Below, piece after piece: positions 27,411-41,287 of a stretch of 64,000 nucleotides of DNA. The notes under the pieces are model-generated. The model did no database searches, was not told the origin of the DNA, and saw only the letters and a list, made by a program, of their open reading frames with translations. Origin of the DNA: Pecten maximus (taxonomy: Eukaryota); contig NC_047022.1 in assembly GCF_902652985.1 (NCBI RefSeq), forward strand, positions 22,010,001 to 22,074,000, in the 5' to 3' direction. Position numbers and translations under genes: made by a program. The first letter of the stretch is position 1. Each line of letters begins with the position of its first letter.

Positions 27411-27961
27411 TTGTAGCATAGCATCACTGGACAGCTAATGTCAACAACTGGCGGCAAAAAACGCTTAATACCTATTAGCTCAGTTATCACAAACCTAGTT
27501 CTCATTTTGAGACAATCTATATTTTACCAAAAGTGTCGTCGATGATCGAAAGACGATTACTCTTTCGGAACACCTGGTCTGATTCTCCTGGTACTTTTCG
27601 AAGGTTGTCCTCGATTTATCAATTTGGGGTTAGAATTACGGGCCTTTATCATTATGTGATTATTCACTGTAGTTTTGTTTCATTTTTTCTTAGACATAAT
27701 CCAGTGTACCTGATCCGAGCTATGCAATATTGTCAACACAAGACCAAGAAAAGTTCGGATCACACTTCACCGTCCTCAAATATGGTTTTCTACTATTTGT
27801 TCTTACAATTATTCATGATTGTTTTCCATGAAATTTCTAAATCGACTTCTTAATGCGCGAGCATTAAAGGAAAGGTCTACAACATTATCTGAACCGCTCA
27901 TTTTTTCTATTGTATTTATTCTTATTTCCAGGCGCTACGTGATCAACAAAAAAAAGGGAAA

Positions 27962-29583
27962 ATGGAAAAGTTCAGCTACACATCAGCAAGCAACCCGAAT
28001 CAACAACAGTACAAGTCCATAGTTGATGTTCTCAATGAAAGAGCTAAGTCTACCCCGATAAAGAAATATGCATATACAGGTTACCTGACGGGAGAAGGAA
28101 AACTCTCACATATGACGAACTGACGCGGAAATCTACAAAACTTGCTAAGTATCTGGTATCTAAAGGGATATCAGTCGGAGACAGCGTTGCTATTATGGGA
28201 TCAAATAATCTGGAATGGATCGTTGGTGAGTTCGCCATTTTTATGGCTGGTGCCGTGGCTGTCCAGTGTCAGGGAACCTGTGAAGTGTTCAACGAAACTG
28301 TGAGTCTGTTGAAAGCTTCCAAATGCAGAGCTGTTCTGCTCGATCCGCAGCTTGAACCTGTGTATCAGTCGGAGATGGAGAATTTTTTTCAGCAAAAGGA
28401 AACGCCGATGGTTGTGTTACTTAGAAAGCCTACGGGTGTTGATTTACCTTACATTGGTGACGTATTATCCGCAGAGGAGGAACCTGCCGTGTCATTGCCA
28501 AGAGTTCAACCAGAGAGTTCAGCTCTTATTTTCACGACTTCTGGGTCGTCTGGAGTTCCAAAAATGGTTGAATTTACGCATATGGCAGTAACCAATTCAC
28601 CAATGGCAAACTTTTTCTCTACAGAGAATGATATCACTTTCTCAGATAGACCATTTTTTTGGTTAGGGGGAACCCCAATCTACAGCATTGTAGGAGGATT
28701 TCCTCGAATTTTCACAAATCCAAAAATTGTTCTGAAAGGGGAGAACATTCAATATGTTTGGAAAATCCTGAAGATGGAAAGGTGTACTATTACATCGCTT
28801 TTCCCGTATGCTTTGAAAAATCTTCTTGACAATGAAGAAGATATCCTGATAATGGAATACAAACCTATTTTGATTGCCACTGGTGGCCAAATACCTGGAA
28901 GTCACCTGAATGCAATTTCTGGAAAATTTTGCGAAAATATATACAGTGTCTATGGAATGACAGAAACAGGTATCGCAACAAAGGTATTCCTGACAGTGGA
29001 TACAGAAGTAGGGCACGTTGGAGAAATGGTACCTGGATATGAAGCCAAAATTATTGGAGACGACGACAAAACTCTGAACTGTGGTAAAATTGGTGAAATT
29101 GTCTTACGATCTCCGTGGATGTTGAAAGGATATAGGGACTCTCCAGAATTAACCAAGGATTCCTTCACTGAACGAGGTTGGTTCCGCACTGGTGATATTG
29201 GAGTATTCACTGAAGACGGAAAGTTGTTTGTTAAAGGAAAGGCAGCAGATGTTATAAAAAGAGGTGGCAGAAAGATTCGGATCAGCGCTGTGGAGATGGC
29301 AATTAGTAATTTTCCCGGGGTAAGAGAGACTGTCGTGGTAGCAGTACCGGATGAACGTCTTCTGGAAGATGTCTGCGCATGTGTCATCCTAGAAGAAGAT
29401 GACAATAATTCAGAACAGAAGTTACAACAAATGTGCTGGGATAAACTTGAGGATAATATTATGGGGGATTCTCCAACGTTTTATCTTATGTTTAAAACCT
29501 TCCCCCGTTTTCACAATGGCGAAATAGATAGAGTAAATATCAAGAAAGACTCCATGGGAATGTTAAAACTTAGAAACGTTTGA
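27962..29583 (+). CDS. Acyl-CoA synthetase / AMP-binding (ANL) enzyme, copy 1; -1 frameshift near 28053-28056 and A10 Lys->Glu
   Basis: ORF 28195-29583 with IFTTSGSSGVPKMV (P-loop), YGMTE, GWFRTGD. The N-terminus (MEKFSY..., ATG 27962) aligns with copy 2 but is out of frame by one base in a C-run. Splice acceptor ttccag| at 27931. Confidence 0.85.
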
Positions 29584-30481
29584 TGAACTGTGTATCAGAT
29601 TTGCAGAATTATGACTTTCACTGTTGAGGTCTGCCCGTGAATCTTAAGTTCTTTATTTTTGCATGATCTAACGTTGGTATCCAGACGCAGGCTGTAGATG
29701 AAAAGGGAGATAACTTCAACAATTATCCCAAATTGACAGATGCTTAATCATTCATGAATTCCAAAGCCATAAAGTCGCTTTGTATAACCTTGCGTTTGAG
29801 GGTATGTCCGCTAATTTAAGATAATTTTATTCAGTCATTGAAGTGTTTTAACTCAGCAGATATACCTTCGATATTCTACATCAGCTATATCATAACGCTA
29901 AATATTTGCTATCAAAACATCTATCCTGTTAAGTCTGTTAGAATAGCGATATAATTTGGTCTTTCTCCCACATTTTACAGCATAATCTGCGACATTATAA
30001 AATGTGCAATTAAGTAATTTCTAAAACGACTTATTTAAACAGTATATCAGTATAAATCGCACAAATAATAAATATACATATATATGTGAAAATAAGATAA
30101 ATGTGTCAATTCCATTGTCTTCTATTACTTAAAATTAATATATCTTTTCGTTTTAATTACTAACGGGTTCTACATTATGTGGTATGATGGCAAAGTGGTA
30201 ACAGACTTGCCTTTCACCTAGGTTCGATTCCCCGATCAGACGTAAACAGATATGGGACCACGTGGGTAGTTTATTTTCTCTCCTATACTATATACTGCCA
30301 TCTAACATGTTTATACGACTCGTTTCGCAATTGTTGTAAAATAGGTAGATTTTACATTCGAAGCTTCGGCTTTGTCCTCATTAATGTTGCATTTTTTCCT
30401 GAATCAGTTGACGATATTGCTTAACAGAATATAATGAAAACGTTTGATTAGGTTTTTTTTAAACATCTCCTTTGAAGACCC

Positions 30482-30988
30482 GAGAGTGATATCAGCCGCT
30501 CCCACAGGGTGGGTCCCAAATCTGGTCAGTTCCCTCGTGACATCATTGTCCGATTCATTTCATATCGTGTACGTGCCTCAGTATATGCAGCCAGATTCTC
30601 ACTCTTCAACAAAAGTACTGTTTCTTCTCCCTCTTCTCAACGTCCCTACAAGTTATATGTAAACGAGGCGCTTACAAAGCAGAGAGCGATGGTCTTTTCT
30701 AAGGCCCGTTATCTTAAGTCAACAGGAGCCATTTCTGGAACATGGACTAATGATGGGAGAATAGTCATCAGGCATACTAGTGGGGCCAAGGCCCAAATTA
30801 CCCACCTCAGTGAACTGGGTTCCTACCCTGACCCCCCTCAGCAGGATCAGCGACGCGATCCGCCATCCCGTGTCAGAACTCTAGCCTCTCAACAGAACCA
30901 GCGTAAACCCAAACACCTATCTAGGCCTGGTACTTCAGCCCCATCCTCCTCAACCAACCGATTTGTCACTCTTTCCAATGATAAATAA
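30482..30988 (+). pseudogene. LINE ORF1 C-terminal remnant
   Basis: PRDIIVRFISYRVR...LYVNEALTKQR...AR...TWTNDGRI pattern typical of invertebrate CR1/L2-type ORF1; begins at the insertion boundary. Confidence 0.72.
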
Positions 30989-33818
30989 CATTGTTTCTTT
31001 GTCCAATATGTAAATATTGAATATATGTATTATGTTCTAAGCATCAGTGTATATGTTAGCAATATGTACCTTTTTGTCATATATAAGTCTGTTTTATGTC
31101 GTGTATGAAGATAATGTGAATAACTATATTTATATACACGTATGTCTATAGCACCCATTTCGGTATGTACAACAGCTGTACATGTATTAATACACGCGTA
31201 CGGTAGCACCCATTTTGGTACACATACACATCAACTGCTTGTTACATGGTAACTTTCTTATTTATTATTCACTTGTTCTGTCACATTACTCCGATATGTA
31301 CACAGTAATGATAATATTGGTATTATATGCCATGCATGCGTCTGTAAAATGTACTTACACTAGGTGTAATGAAAAATGAGGAAACTTTGCCACTGTTTTA
31401 GATTGAATCTTTATTAACTATTTTTATCACTGTATCGTTGTTGTTGTCATGTGCAATATAAAATGCACTCAATGTTCAAAATCTGGTAAAGTATTAGCAC
31501 GCGCTGGCTTGCTCTGCTGTATTATACTGTACAAAATTGTATCGGTATTCAAACACACAAAAATATAGCTATATTCTAGTATATTGCTAGGTTGAAATTG
31601 CCAAATATTATATGCGGACTTACCGTGGATACGAATATTTAAATCCAATCACTCTATTGTGTACAATTAATCCTTTTTGACAATCCTTCTGTATAATACT
31701 ATAGTCTATATATTGAAGTTACTTCCAATGTCACGTATTTATTCGCTACGCTGTATGTTAAACATTACGCTCGCTTTTCTCAAGCAAGTGTTTGAATGCA
31801 TTTTTTGTGAAAATGCGAATGAATCAATGTTTGATATTGAGTCGTGGAAATGTTCCGTATTACAACGTTATAAACTTATTCGCTCCGTTTAGCTAAAGGA
31901 AGGCGAACATATCACAGGGGCTTGTTGTGTTAGTTTAAACAATCTCGTTTTTATTAAAGATTCTACTACATTTCTCTCTCTTATACGCATACTCAAAACA
32001 ATTTAACTTTTATAATTATGTAATTACCCTACTCAACCAATTTATTTTTTGTTTATCTACAATTATTTGTGTGTATTTATAATTATTTTGTATTAAAATT
32101 CATGGTGAAATATTTCGAGGACCTATGCTTTCAAGCGTCCACTGCACCTTGATGAGTCATGATCACTTCCGTTTCCCAAAGTTTGTACATGTGCTTCCAA
32201 GTTTATGATGTTAAGAACAAGTTGCTGTCCTTCCAAAAAAGGACAACAATACCTGGACGTAGCAAATTTGTGATATGACTGATTGAAGTTATGACGATAT
32301 AGACAAACAATTGGGAATATTACTGCTACTATGTTAAAGTAAAATCATCTCATATGTAGGTATGCTATCATGGGGTGAAACTTAAGTTATTGTGACCTTT
32401 AAGATATAACAAAGGCCTATCACCAAGGTGATAGTAAAAGATCATGAGGCAGAACCGTAATCTATAACTACTTAATAGGTGTAGGATGCAAGTTGATACC
32501 AATGTATCATGAAGGTCATTGCAAGGGTCAAACACTTTGGTTAATGACCATTTTATATATATATATATAAGTCATGGTAGAGGTCACCAGTGGTTCTAAA
32601 GTCAAATTTTTGTCTGACCATTGAAAAGAAACTCCACAAATTTAAATTAAGATATGTTTTAAACATTTATTCTTTTTAATATCATAATATTGTGACTAGA
32701 TGATATTTAAGAATGACTAGTATTAGCTCTAAAGTCTAAAATAAAACAAAACATGTATACATATAAATGGGAAATTGGATATGAGTATGAAGTATTGATT
32801 GTTTTACATTGAGTATTAAAATAAAATAAGCATGCTAATATGAAAAGAAAGTTGGAACAACTGAACATTAATTTTCGGTGTATAAGCTGTCAGGATTTTT
32901 TCAGGAGTTTACATAAGCAGATTTGTTAACATATATACATGTATTACCATGAATACTGTAGCTTCATGTATAGGTAAATTATCTAATTTTGTACTGTAAA
33001 GGAGTCATTGGGGTACCATAGCTAGATCAGCAAGATCAAAAGAAAAGACAGGCAGGATTTTGTTTTCTTCAGAAACTTGAGACAAACTATTTAAATGGTG
33101 TATAATGTATTTGTTGATAAAATTTATTTTTCAATATATGGAAGTGGTAGAAAAAGTTGTATGAAAGATACATACAGTGTAATTTAAATAACTGTACAAT
33201 GGCTTTTAGGTACTAAAAAGTGCTTATAGGCCTATTATATATGGATGTATCAGTAAAATGTATAATGTATTTACGAATTATAAGTATGATGTAATCAACT
33301 TGTACCAGATGTTTTCTTTAAAGAAACCACTGTAAAGGGGTTATTCCTATAATTTAGACCCATCCTTTAATTTGAAAAATTGTACCCACTTTTCAATATC
33401 AGTGTGGGCAATATTTTAATACTTTGTAAAAATATCTTAAATCATTGAAATTGCAAAATATTTATGCAACAGAAAAAATACATCATTAAACGATCTACAT
33501 TGCTTTCTAAGCAATTGAAACAAATGGTACAACAAGACTAATAAAAAGCAAAAAATCTAAGCAAATTCTACCAGCACTTTACATTAAAACACAAAGATGT
33601 AGTCCTAGTGATATAAGGTATACAGAAAGGCAATAATTTTATATTGCAAAAACTTTCGGACCTGACAGAAACTTTGTTAAACGATGTACAATATGCTTTC
33701 TAAGCAATTGAAACAAATGATACAAAATGTTTTATAAAAAGCAAAAAGCAAAAAATCTAAGCAAATCTACTAGCACTTTACATATAAAATGTGAACGGTG
33801 GTTAAAGGTATGGAAGTT

Positions 33819-34310
33819 TCACAGACACACTACTGTGGCACTAGTTGGTTGTAGGGGGCGTTTGCAAACGAGATTCTTGATAATATTGTTTTCAATATGG
33901 CACTTTATAACAATCGGAATTAATTTCATCATCGTTTCAAATAGTTCCGTGCGATCCAGTCCTGTTTCAGGTTCCATATTTTTTGCGGAAAGCATCTTAA
34001 TGAGCTCTGGCTTGAAGATTTGAACTTTTTTGGTGGTTCCGTCATCGGACTCAAACAAAACAGATGCCCTGGCGAACCAGCTTGATGAGCTTCCTCTGCA
34101 TTGGAGTGAACATGTCGGGCAATGCATGACTAATGTCCCTTTCTTTTCTATTATTATTAGTTTTTTGTTATTGCAAGTCGACTTGGGACACGCCAAGTAT
34201 TGGTCCACTTCAAAAACGCCAACTATAGTGCCCCGAACTGTACAATCTGCAGGGGCGTTATCATCGTCATCGTCAGTGAGATTATCTAGGGTGGCATCAT
34301 GGCTTATGAT
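33819..34310 (-). pseudogene. Terminal exon of a degenerate gene resembling the RPA70 C-terminal OB fold with Zn ribbon
   Basis: Open from a cag acceptor at 34311: ..VRGTIVGVFEVDQYLACPKSTCNNKKL..MHCPTCSLQC..ARASVLFESDDG..KVQIF. The Y-x-A-C-P..C-x-x-K-K..C-x-x-C spacing resembles RPA70 DBD-C. Probable upstream exon remnants contain stops. Confidence 0.5.
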
Positions 34311-36012
34311 CTGAAGTATATAGAAAAGAAGAACTTGCAGTTAATAATATTAATTACAGCCTACAATTTCACATACATTTGTAGTTAATGATTTAAAATA
34401 TGTTGATATGCTAACCAAGGGTAATGCCCCTGATTATTGGTATCTTACATATGACTTGGTTGGGTTAATATTTATTTTTGCATAAATCATAAATTGTGTC
34501 GAGTGATGGCGAATATAATGGCAACATTTTGAGAAACATTGGCTTAAAAGCACCTTTTCAGTAACAAAACAGAGGGTCCACCGAAATCTGGTATATAACA
34601 GAGCCGCCGGCACACAGCACACTACAGCCAATTATGAGCAGAGCTTATCCGACCCTCCTATTAAATTTACAAATACACCCCCTTGTCTTTCCCACTCACA
34701 GTCCACCGAAATCTGTCGTGTATCACCATGTAGGTCACGCTCTCAGCACAACCCAGAGTTCTGTGTGTAAAAACACAGTAACACTAATCTGTATATATGC
34801 TTATATTTACATTCATAATTTTATTTTATTTACTGTAGCTTAAGACGCGTTTAAATTTGCCGCTTCTCCTATCACTGACGTCATCAAGTTCAAATACCGG
34901 AACAGCCGAAATTTCCAGAAGGAATAATATAGTCCCTCATGTCGTTATCAATAGCAATCACATGAAATGTTTTTTTTGTACAATTTGGCTTTATATTATA
35001 TTTTATAAACGTTTGTAGATATCTTCAAATTGTTCACAATTGCATAATTTCTGATTGTTTAGAAATAAAGCCGTTTTTCGGCGCATGATATACGGTTAAC
35101 ATTTAGAAGTGATGCGGCATTGAATGGGTACTGCACAGGACAGACTCGATTCCTCGGAAACACTTATGTTTCTATCGACTGAATTTACGTTATTTTCAGA
35201 GGAATATCATCTCTTAAATTCTAAATGAACGTCGTCTTGACAGTAGGTGAAAACGATTCCAAGGATATTTCATTAGAAACAGAATCCAGTCTAACCGGTC
35301 ACGTCAGTGTCACTAACTTAGCAGACGATGTTAAACTGCACAGGGGCTCGATTTTGGAGTAAGGTAGGCCTTTGACATCAGTGAATAACCACATAACTAT
35401 AATTCAGTATGCATACACAACCAGAAACCATGTCGATACTGCCGATTTTTCGCAAGATTTTTTTTTTTTTTTTAAAGGCTGGACTTTAAATGTTGTCGTG
35501 TCTAGCATTTCTGACAATTCGACAACGAGCCCCTGTGCGACGACAGTGACAATTTGATTACTTCCTATAGATCAGGAATAGAGCTTATAATAATTTTGTG
35601 TCGAGTCGGTCGACTTCATTTTTTCTATTATCAAATTTTACTCTCATAACTTGCGTTGCTTTTTTTGTTTCGGTTTATGTAGATAAATGCTAGCATTCGA
35701 AATCTCTCCTGGCCGAATGTAACTGGGGACCATTGTTTTGACCAGCAACACCTGGGGCTGTATCCCTACTCTGACCGAATCACTGTAAATTGTAGTATAC
35801 ACTCTGATGAATACAATTTGGTTTACTAACGACATATAGGCAAATGCAACACAGAATGTAAATATATTTCACTATCGTCATTACACTTACCTTTCCACGT
35901 TGTAGTTGCTTCACTTTGGGTCTACTTGTTTGTGGCAGATTTTCCGGATCAGGCGCACGCCGGTTTTGAGTTAAGAAACAAGCGTCCCGGCGACAGGATA
36001 TAAAAATCCATC

Positions 36013-37646
36013 ATGGCTGACACAGGTTTCAGCAGAGAAGACCTCTCCATGTTTATGTACATATTTGAGGAATTGTTTGATAATACTGAGGAAGAAAGAT
36101 TTAAAAGAGACATAATTTGCTTTCTGGCATATGCTGATGAAAAGTGAGTAATTATTTAAGCTTAGTTATGTGTGTTGTTGCTGCTAGAAGCTTTTGAGTC
36201 GTCAAGAGATATGTACATGTAGTACTATTCTGTCTGTTGCAGTTGTCATGTAGCTTACATATATACATACACTACTGATGTACACACAATGCTTGTTGTA
36301 AATTGTTATTCACGCATTATATTATATAATTATTTAGTGTTCTGGAACGTTGAATGTTGTCGCAATGTTGCTTTTAAAGGTCGTATCCTTGTACTATATT
36401 TCAATTAACTATTCTTAGAATCCGGCGTGTACTTTTATCACATACAGTTACACGTACATGTACACGAGTGTTTAGTCTACTTTAACAAACTTTTATGCTA
36501 CCAACAATATTATGATAAATATAAATATAATTTTATACTTCTATATTTATAATATGACATATATATTACCTGTAGCAAACAACTGAATAACAGGTTACTA
36601 ATATGCAATTTCTTCACAGGACTCGTCGAATAAGAAGAAAGACCCAGGGATTTTTTGAAACAACTGTTCCTGAATTTTTCCCGGATACATTTCAGAGGTT
36701 CTTTCGTATGACAAGAGGAACAGTTGAACTGTTGTGCCAATCTCTTGCAAGATGCCGGGAACTAAGAAAAAAAAGTTACAGAGGGGGTAGAGATGAGGTG
36801 CCTGTTCAGAAAAAAGTGCTAATGACCTTGCGATATCTAGCTTCTCAAGAAAACTTAATGGAAATAAGCGATAGATTCGGTGTTACAGAGTACAGCTTTT
36901 TAAAACATCACAACCAAGTGATTGATGCAATCAACAATAACTTAATGCACAAATTTATCAGGTGGCCAAGTAACGAGGAAATGGACAACATAGCCATGAA
37001 ATTTAATGACATGGGTACTTATGAATTTTCAGGCATTATAGGAGCAGTAGACGGAACACATATCAGGATCGAACCACCCTCAGAAAACCCACAAGCCTAC
37101 TTCAATCGCAAAAAAATCCATTCCCTAATCTTGCAGGGTGTATGTACAAGTGATATGAAATTAATTCATGTAAACATAGGGTGGCCTGGGAGAGTCCACG
37201 ATGCAAAGTTTTTAAGAAATTCTGATCTTTGGAATACAGGTTTTGAAAAATGTCGGTATGGTCGTTTCCATATTCTAGGTGATGGTGCCTACCCAATCAA
37301 AGTATGGTTACTAACTCCCTACAGAGATACAGGACATCTCACAAGAAATCAAACCAAGTTCAACAAGAGTCTTTCGTCAAAGCGTCAAGTGATAGAAAGA
37401 GCCTTTGGCTTGCTTAAAGGTCGCTTTAGACGTCTAAAATATATTAACAAGAGATCAATTGTAAACATGTGCACAGTTATTCAGTCAGTATGTATTCTTC
37501 ACAATATGTGCATTTGTAACGGAGAAGATCTGGCAGAATTTCTTGAAACAGACGTCAATGATGATGATGATGTCCATGTTGTCCAGTTTGGCGAGAATGA
37601 TGCAGAAGGAACCCTTAAAAGGATCAACATGACAAACAGACTATAG
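36013..37646 (+). CDS. Harbinger (HARBI1-like) DDE transposase, two exons, 385 aa
   Basis: Exon 1 36013-36143 (MADTGF..., aa|gtgagt) and exon 2 36620-37646 join in frame. FFRMTR, GAVDGTHI, GWPGRVHD, LGDGAYP, IERAFGLLKGRFRRL, CILHN; no stops. Confidence 0.92.
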
Positions 37647-38296
37647 TTCATGTTTTCGAAAAAAAATGGAAATGTTTCTTTTGATTGAACATAGAAAACA
37701 AAGATGAATGTAAAACATGAACAATTTAATGAACACAAAAGAATAGCAAATCACAACTTGTATTTGCCAACACAATATTCAATGACGATATTAAAATAAA
37801 AAAATAAAAAAAGACATCATCATTTCAAGTTTTTAGTCATTACAGTTAAAAATTCCATTTTCTAGTGAAATAAATGGTCAGCAATGTATAACCTTTGTAG
37901 TTATAATCTTTCAAAAATTGGGATAATCATACTTTAGTATAAGTACTACATCAAAATTTCAAAATGCAAATCAACAACATACCACCAGGTAATATTTCTA
38001 TCTGTCATTTTTCATGTGATTCTGGACATTTGATGTCCAACATGACGATCAAAACATTATTATCCATCTAAATAACTTTGCACATTCTCCAGAAACTAGA
38101 GTGCACTTATTAGTGTGTTGGGAAGAGTAATACAATCTCACCGATCACACAATATCACAGCTACTTTACCATTACAAAAATATCACAGCTACTTTGCCAT
38201 TACAAAAGTTAAAAAAAAATAAGGAAAAAATATTGCAGCTTCTTTGTCCCATACAAAATAATACGTATAGAGAATACATCAATAAGTTTCTCTGAA

Positions 38297-40651
38297 TCAT
38301 TTTTTCCCTACAATGTCCAGGAATTGCTTGAACACAGTAAGCTTTTCTTTATGCCGCCGCTCTGCATCATCATTTGATTGTAAAATAAAAACATATTAAA
38401 ATTTCATATAGCAGCATTCAATACGGGGATTTTGAGATACCGAATTGATGTGGCAGATGTATGATTTGCTGTTGATTAGTCCCACCTTATTTTATGATGC
38501 CACATTTTGACACGATTTTTGTGACGTCACCATCACCGGAAGGTGGGACTAATCCACAGTAAATCATACTTTACCAATGTCATTTTGGTATCTCAAAACC
38601 CACGTGTTGAACAACCTCAATCTGACATGTTGCTTTAAAAGTATCATCAAAATAGTAATTGTTTTCATAGATGAAAAATATTTACCATTTCAACAACCAT
38701 CTTTACAGCCTGGATGAAACTTTATTTCCTTCAATGTGCCATGTTGCATAGCGATGTACCTAGGCTTTGTCTTTGGAAAAACTATCAGATATGAAATCTT
38801 GTTGAAGGTCCATGGATTATTAAGGAGCATCCCCTTTTCTCGCTCTGCGATCAATTTCAACAGGCCTTGTGTGCAAGATTTTGATCCCAGGCAATGGTGA
38901 ACCCCCCCCCTTGCCACTCATAAACACTTGTCCTTTTAGGCAGAGGATTTTGGCATGTATCTACAAATGCAATTATATTAATAACTTTACTCATTCCTAG
39001 AATAGTTCAAAAACTCTACAATTGGTAATTTAGCTAAACTTTATAGATCATACACACCTGTTCTGGGTCTCTTGTGTGTCTTCTTAACATCTTCACTAGT
39101 ACCTATAGAATAAAAAGACTCATCAATACTTATGGAAAATATTTTATTAGATGTTGTTTTAAATGAGTACCATACTTTTTGAGGAACATTGACAATTATA
39201 AGAGGAAATACATCAAACCCCTTCATAACTGTTGCAAAATAAATAAAAATCAATCAATCATGAAAATCATGAAAAACAAGGGATTTAGTTATACCTTACA
39301 CTTGTACACTTCATTCTAACAACTAGTCGAAAAATAATTGCACAAATTAGTATAACAACAGTTTTAACTATAATTTTCTAAGATTAATAATTCATAAAAA
39401 TTACCAGATTCAATTATGCATGATGGATTAACATCTGGCATGTTTTGGAAAACTTCATCCAACTTGTCCTCCATACTGTCTGTTGGTGGACTCTCCCCAG
39501 ACTTTCCTCGTTTTCTCTGTATCCTAGCATGTCTTTCCTTAAGTGTTTTTACTTTTAACCTGCATTTTTCAGCAGAGAAAAAGAATCCCTCTTCTTCTAG
39601 TGATTTGCTTATATGTTTCCACTTAGATTTCATTGGTTGTTTGCTGTTACTTAGCTTTTGAAACGTTTCTAAGAGTAAACTTTCACTCTCATTACTCCAG
39701 CTGCATGTGGCCGTGCTGTCACTCGAAGAGTGAGGAGGAGAAGGAGAAGACCTTGTAGCAGACATTGATGAATCTTCTTCGATGTCAGGCAACTCATCTG
39801 CCAGCCCTACAAATATTTATCATAATCTTGTGATGTCCGTTCCCTCAAATTCGATATATACTATCTATCGTAAACCTAGATAGTACAATTAAGAAATTTC
39901 AATATTAATCTTTTACATATGCATTTTAATATTACTATAATATTATATACTGTAGTAGGATGATTATAATAAACAATACGAACCTTCTGACTGTTCGGTG
40001 CTAGTATGATCTTCTTCGTCTGTATCATTTGCCAACTGTTCCCTTGCCAACTTCATGACTAGTTCAATAACAGATGGATCTAAAAATGGAAAAGGAAGTG
40101 AGATTCCATACAAAATAATGGAAAGTCATTTTTAAGAGAACATGTGAAAAAGAACATTTTTTTTATCATTATGCATTATTACGGACACCTAAATACTTCA
40201 TGATTTCAATATCATATATAACGTGTAACATATTGAATATAATATGTGTATGGTTTCACTTAAAAAAATTGGCCTAGTTTTTACCTTTCCTTCTCAAACA
40301 GTTTATCGTGTCAGCGTCGACACGTATAGTCACATCCTTCCCATCAATATTAACCTTTACGTCCATTAAATCTGGTGTAGTGCTGAAACAAGCAAAACCA
40401 TGTGTCATGAGCCCATTTCACACGAAAAAAACATCGCAATTGGCGATTTGCTAGTGCCTGACTGCACAGAATATTGTCACTTATTTTTAAAAAAATCTGT
40501 AACTTGTCATTGCATTTCTAAGGAATATATAGACTAAAAATGTAAAAAAAATAACATATTTCTGCACTCGGTATCAAACGGAAATATTTTAAATGTATGC
40601 AAATATCAATTAACCAGTGTTATGAGCACATGTTTACCTTTTAGCCGCCAT
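38297..40651 (-). CDS. Harbinger accessory Myb/SANT (trihelix) DNA-binding protein, multi-exon
   Basis: Phase-compatible exons 40651-40638, 40382-40285, 40079-39984, 39806-39405, 39102-39058; WSNESESLLL...KWKHISKSL...SAEKCRLKVKTLKERH trihelix. A C-terminal piece ..DAERRHKEKLTVFKQFLDIVGKK* ends at 38297; its link to the upstream exons is unresolved. Confidence 0.78.
38417..38611. mobile_element. Small foldback/MITE-like element inside the Harbinger
   Basis: ~70-bp imperfect inverted arms: ttcaatacggggattttgagatacc...gattagtcccacct / aggtgggactaatc...ggtatctcaaaacccacgtgttgaa. Confidence 0.65.
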
Positions 40652-41287
40652 TTTGAAAGCCGGGTCGCCGCTGAACACCGGCGTGTACCGAAGATGCGCA
40701 CGCATAACCGGCTCAGAAACAAGTAGAAAATCCGCATCGCCGATTACGCCGGCGGCTTAGAAACAAGTAGACCCTTTGACTAGACACACCACGCTGCTTC
40801 TGCTGCTGTACCGGAAAAGAATTTGTTGGGCATGCGCAATTAATCTGCCACGGATAGCGATTGATAGTTCAGGCTCCGAAGCCGAACATCGTACCGATGC
40901 CAGGAAATGACATACGCCTAATGGACTGAAGTGTTATCCACTCCAAACCTACATTTATCGACTAAATCGTACACGTTTTGTTCCTTATCTAAAATTCACA
41001 GTGCATCCGGTTTACCAGGGAGCAGGCTACTATATTTCTACCAATCGTCGCTGATATATTATATGCCTGGACGTTCAAGCGTCCAGGAAATGATTTGTGT
41101 GTGTGTGAAAGTTTTATTTGTAATTTCCTGTATGTCCTGTATTTGTCCTATGTGTATACTCAACTGCTGCTCATGTCACCTACCAGCAGACTCATTTAAC
41201 AACGTAAACCCGCCTTGGATGATCGACCGACCCTACTTGCCAGCAATTTTTTTCTCATTTGACAAAGGTAATATTTTAGATATTTTT

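Larger units (their letters stand above)
35918..40774. mobile_element. PIF/Harbinger DNA transposon, full length (4857 bp)
   Basis: Perfect 14-bp TIRs GGGTCTACTTGTTT (35918-35931) / AAACAAGTAGACCC (40761-40774); 3-bp TSD TTT; encodes a DDE transposase and a Myb/SANT protein in convergent orientation. Confidence 0.93.

Noticed and set aside
27962-29583. Horizontal transfer or luciferase identity for the uninterrupted ACS CDSs
   Set aside because: No phylogeny available; an upstream splice acceptor and host-like composition are present, and generic ANL motifs do not specify substrate.
33486-33790. ~105-bp direct duplication; also short aaacaatgg repeats at 17870-18060 and a hairpin at ~430-545
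   Set aside because: Ordinary local repeats with no further structure.
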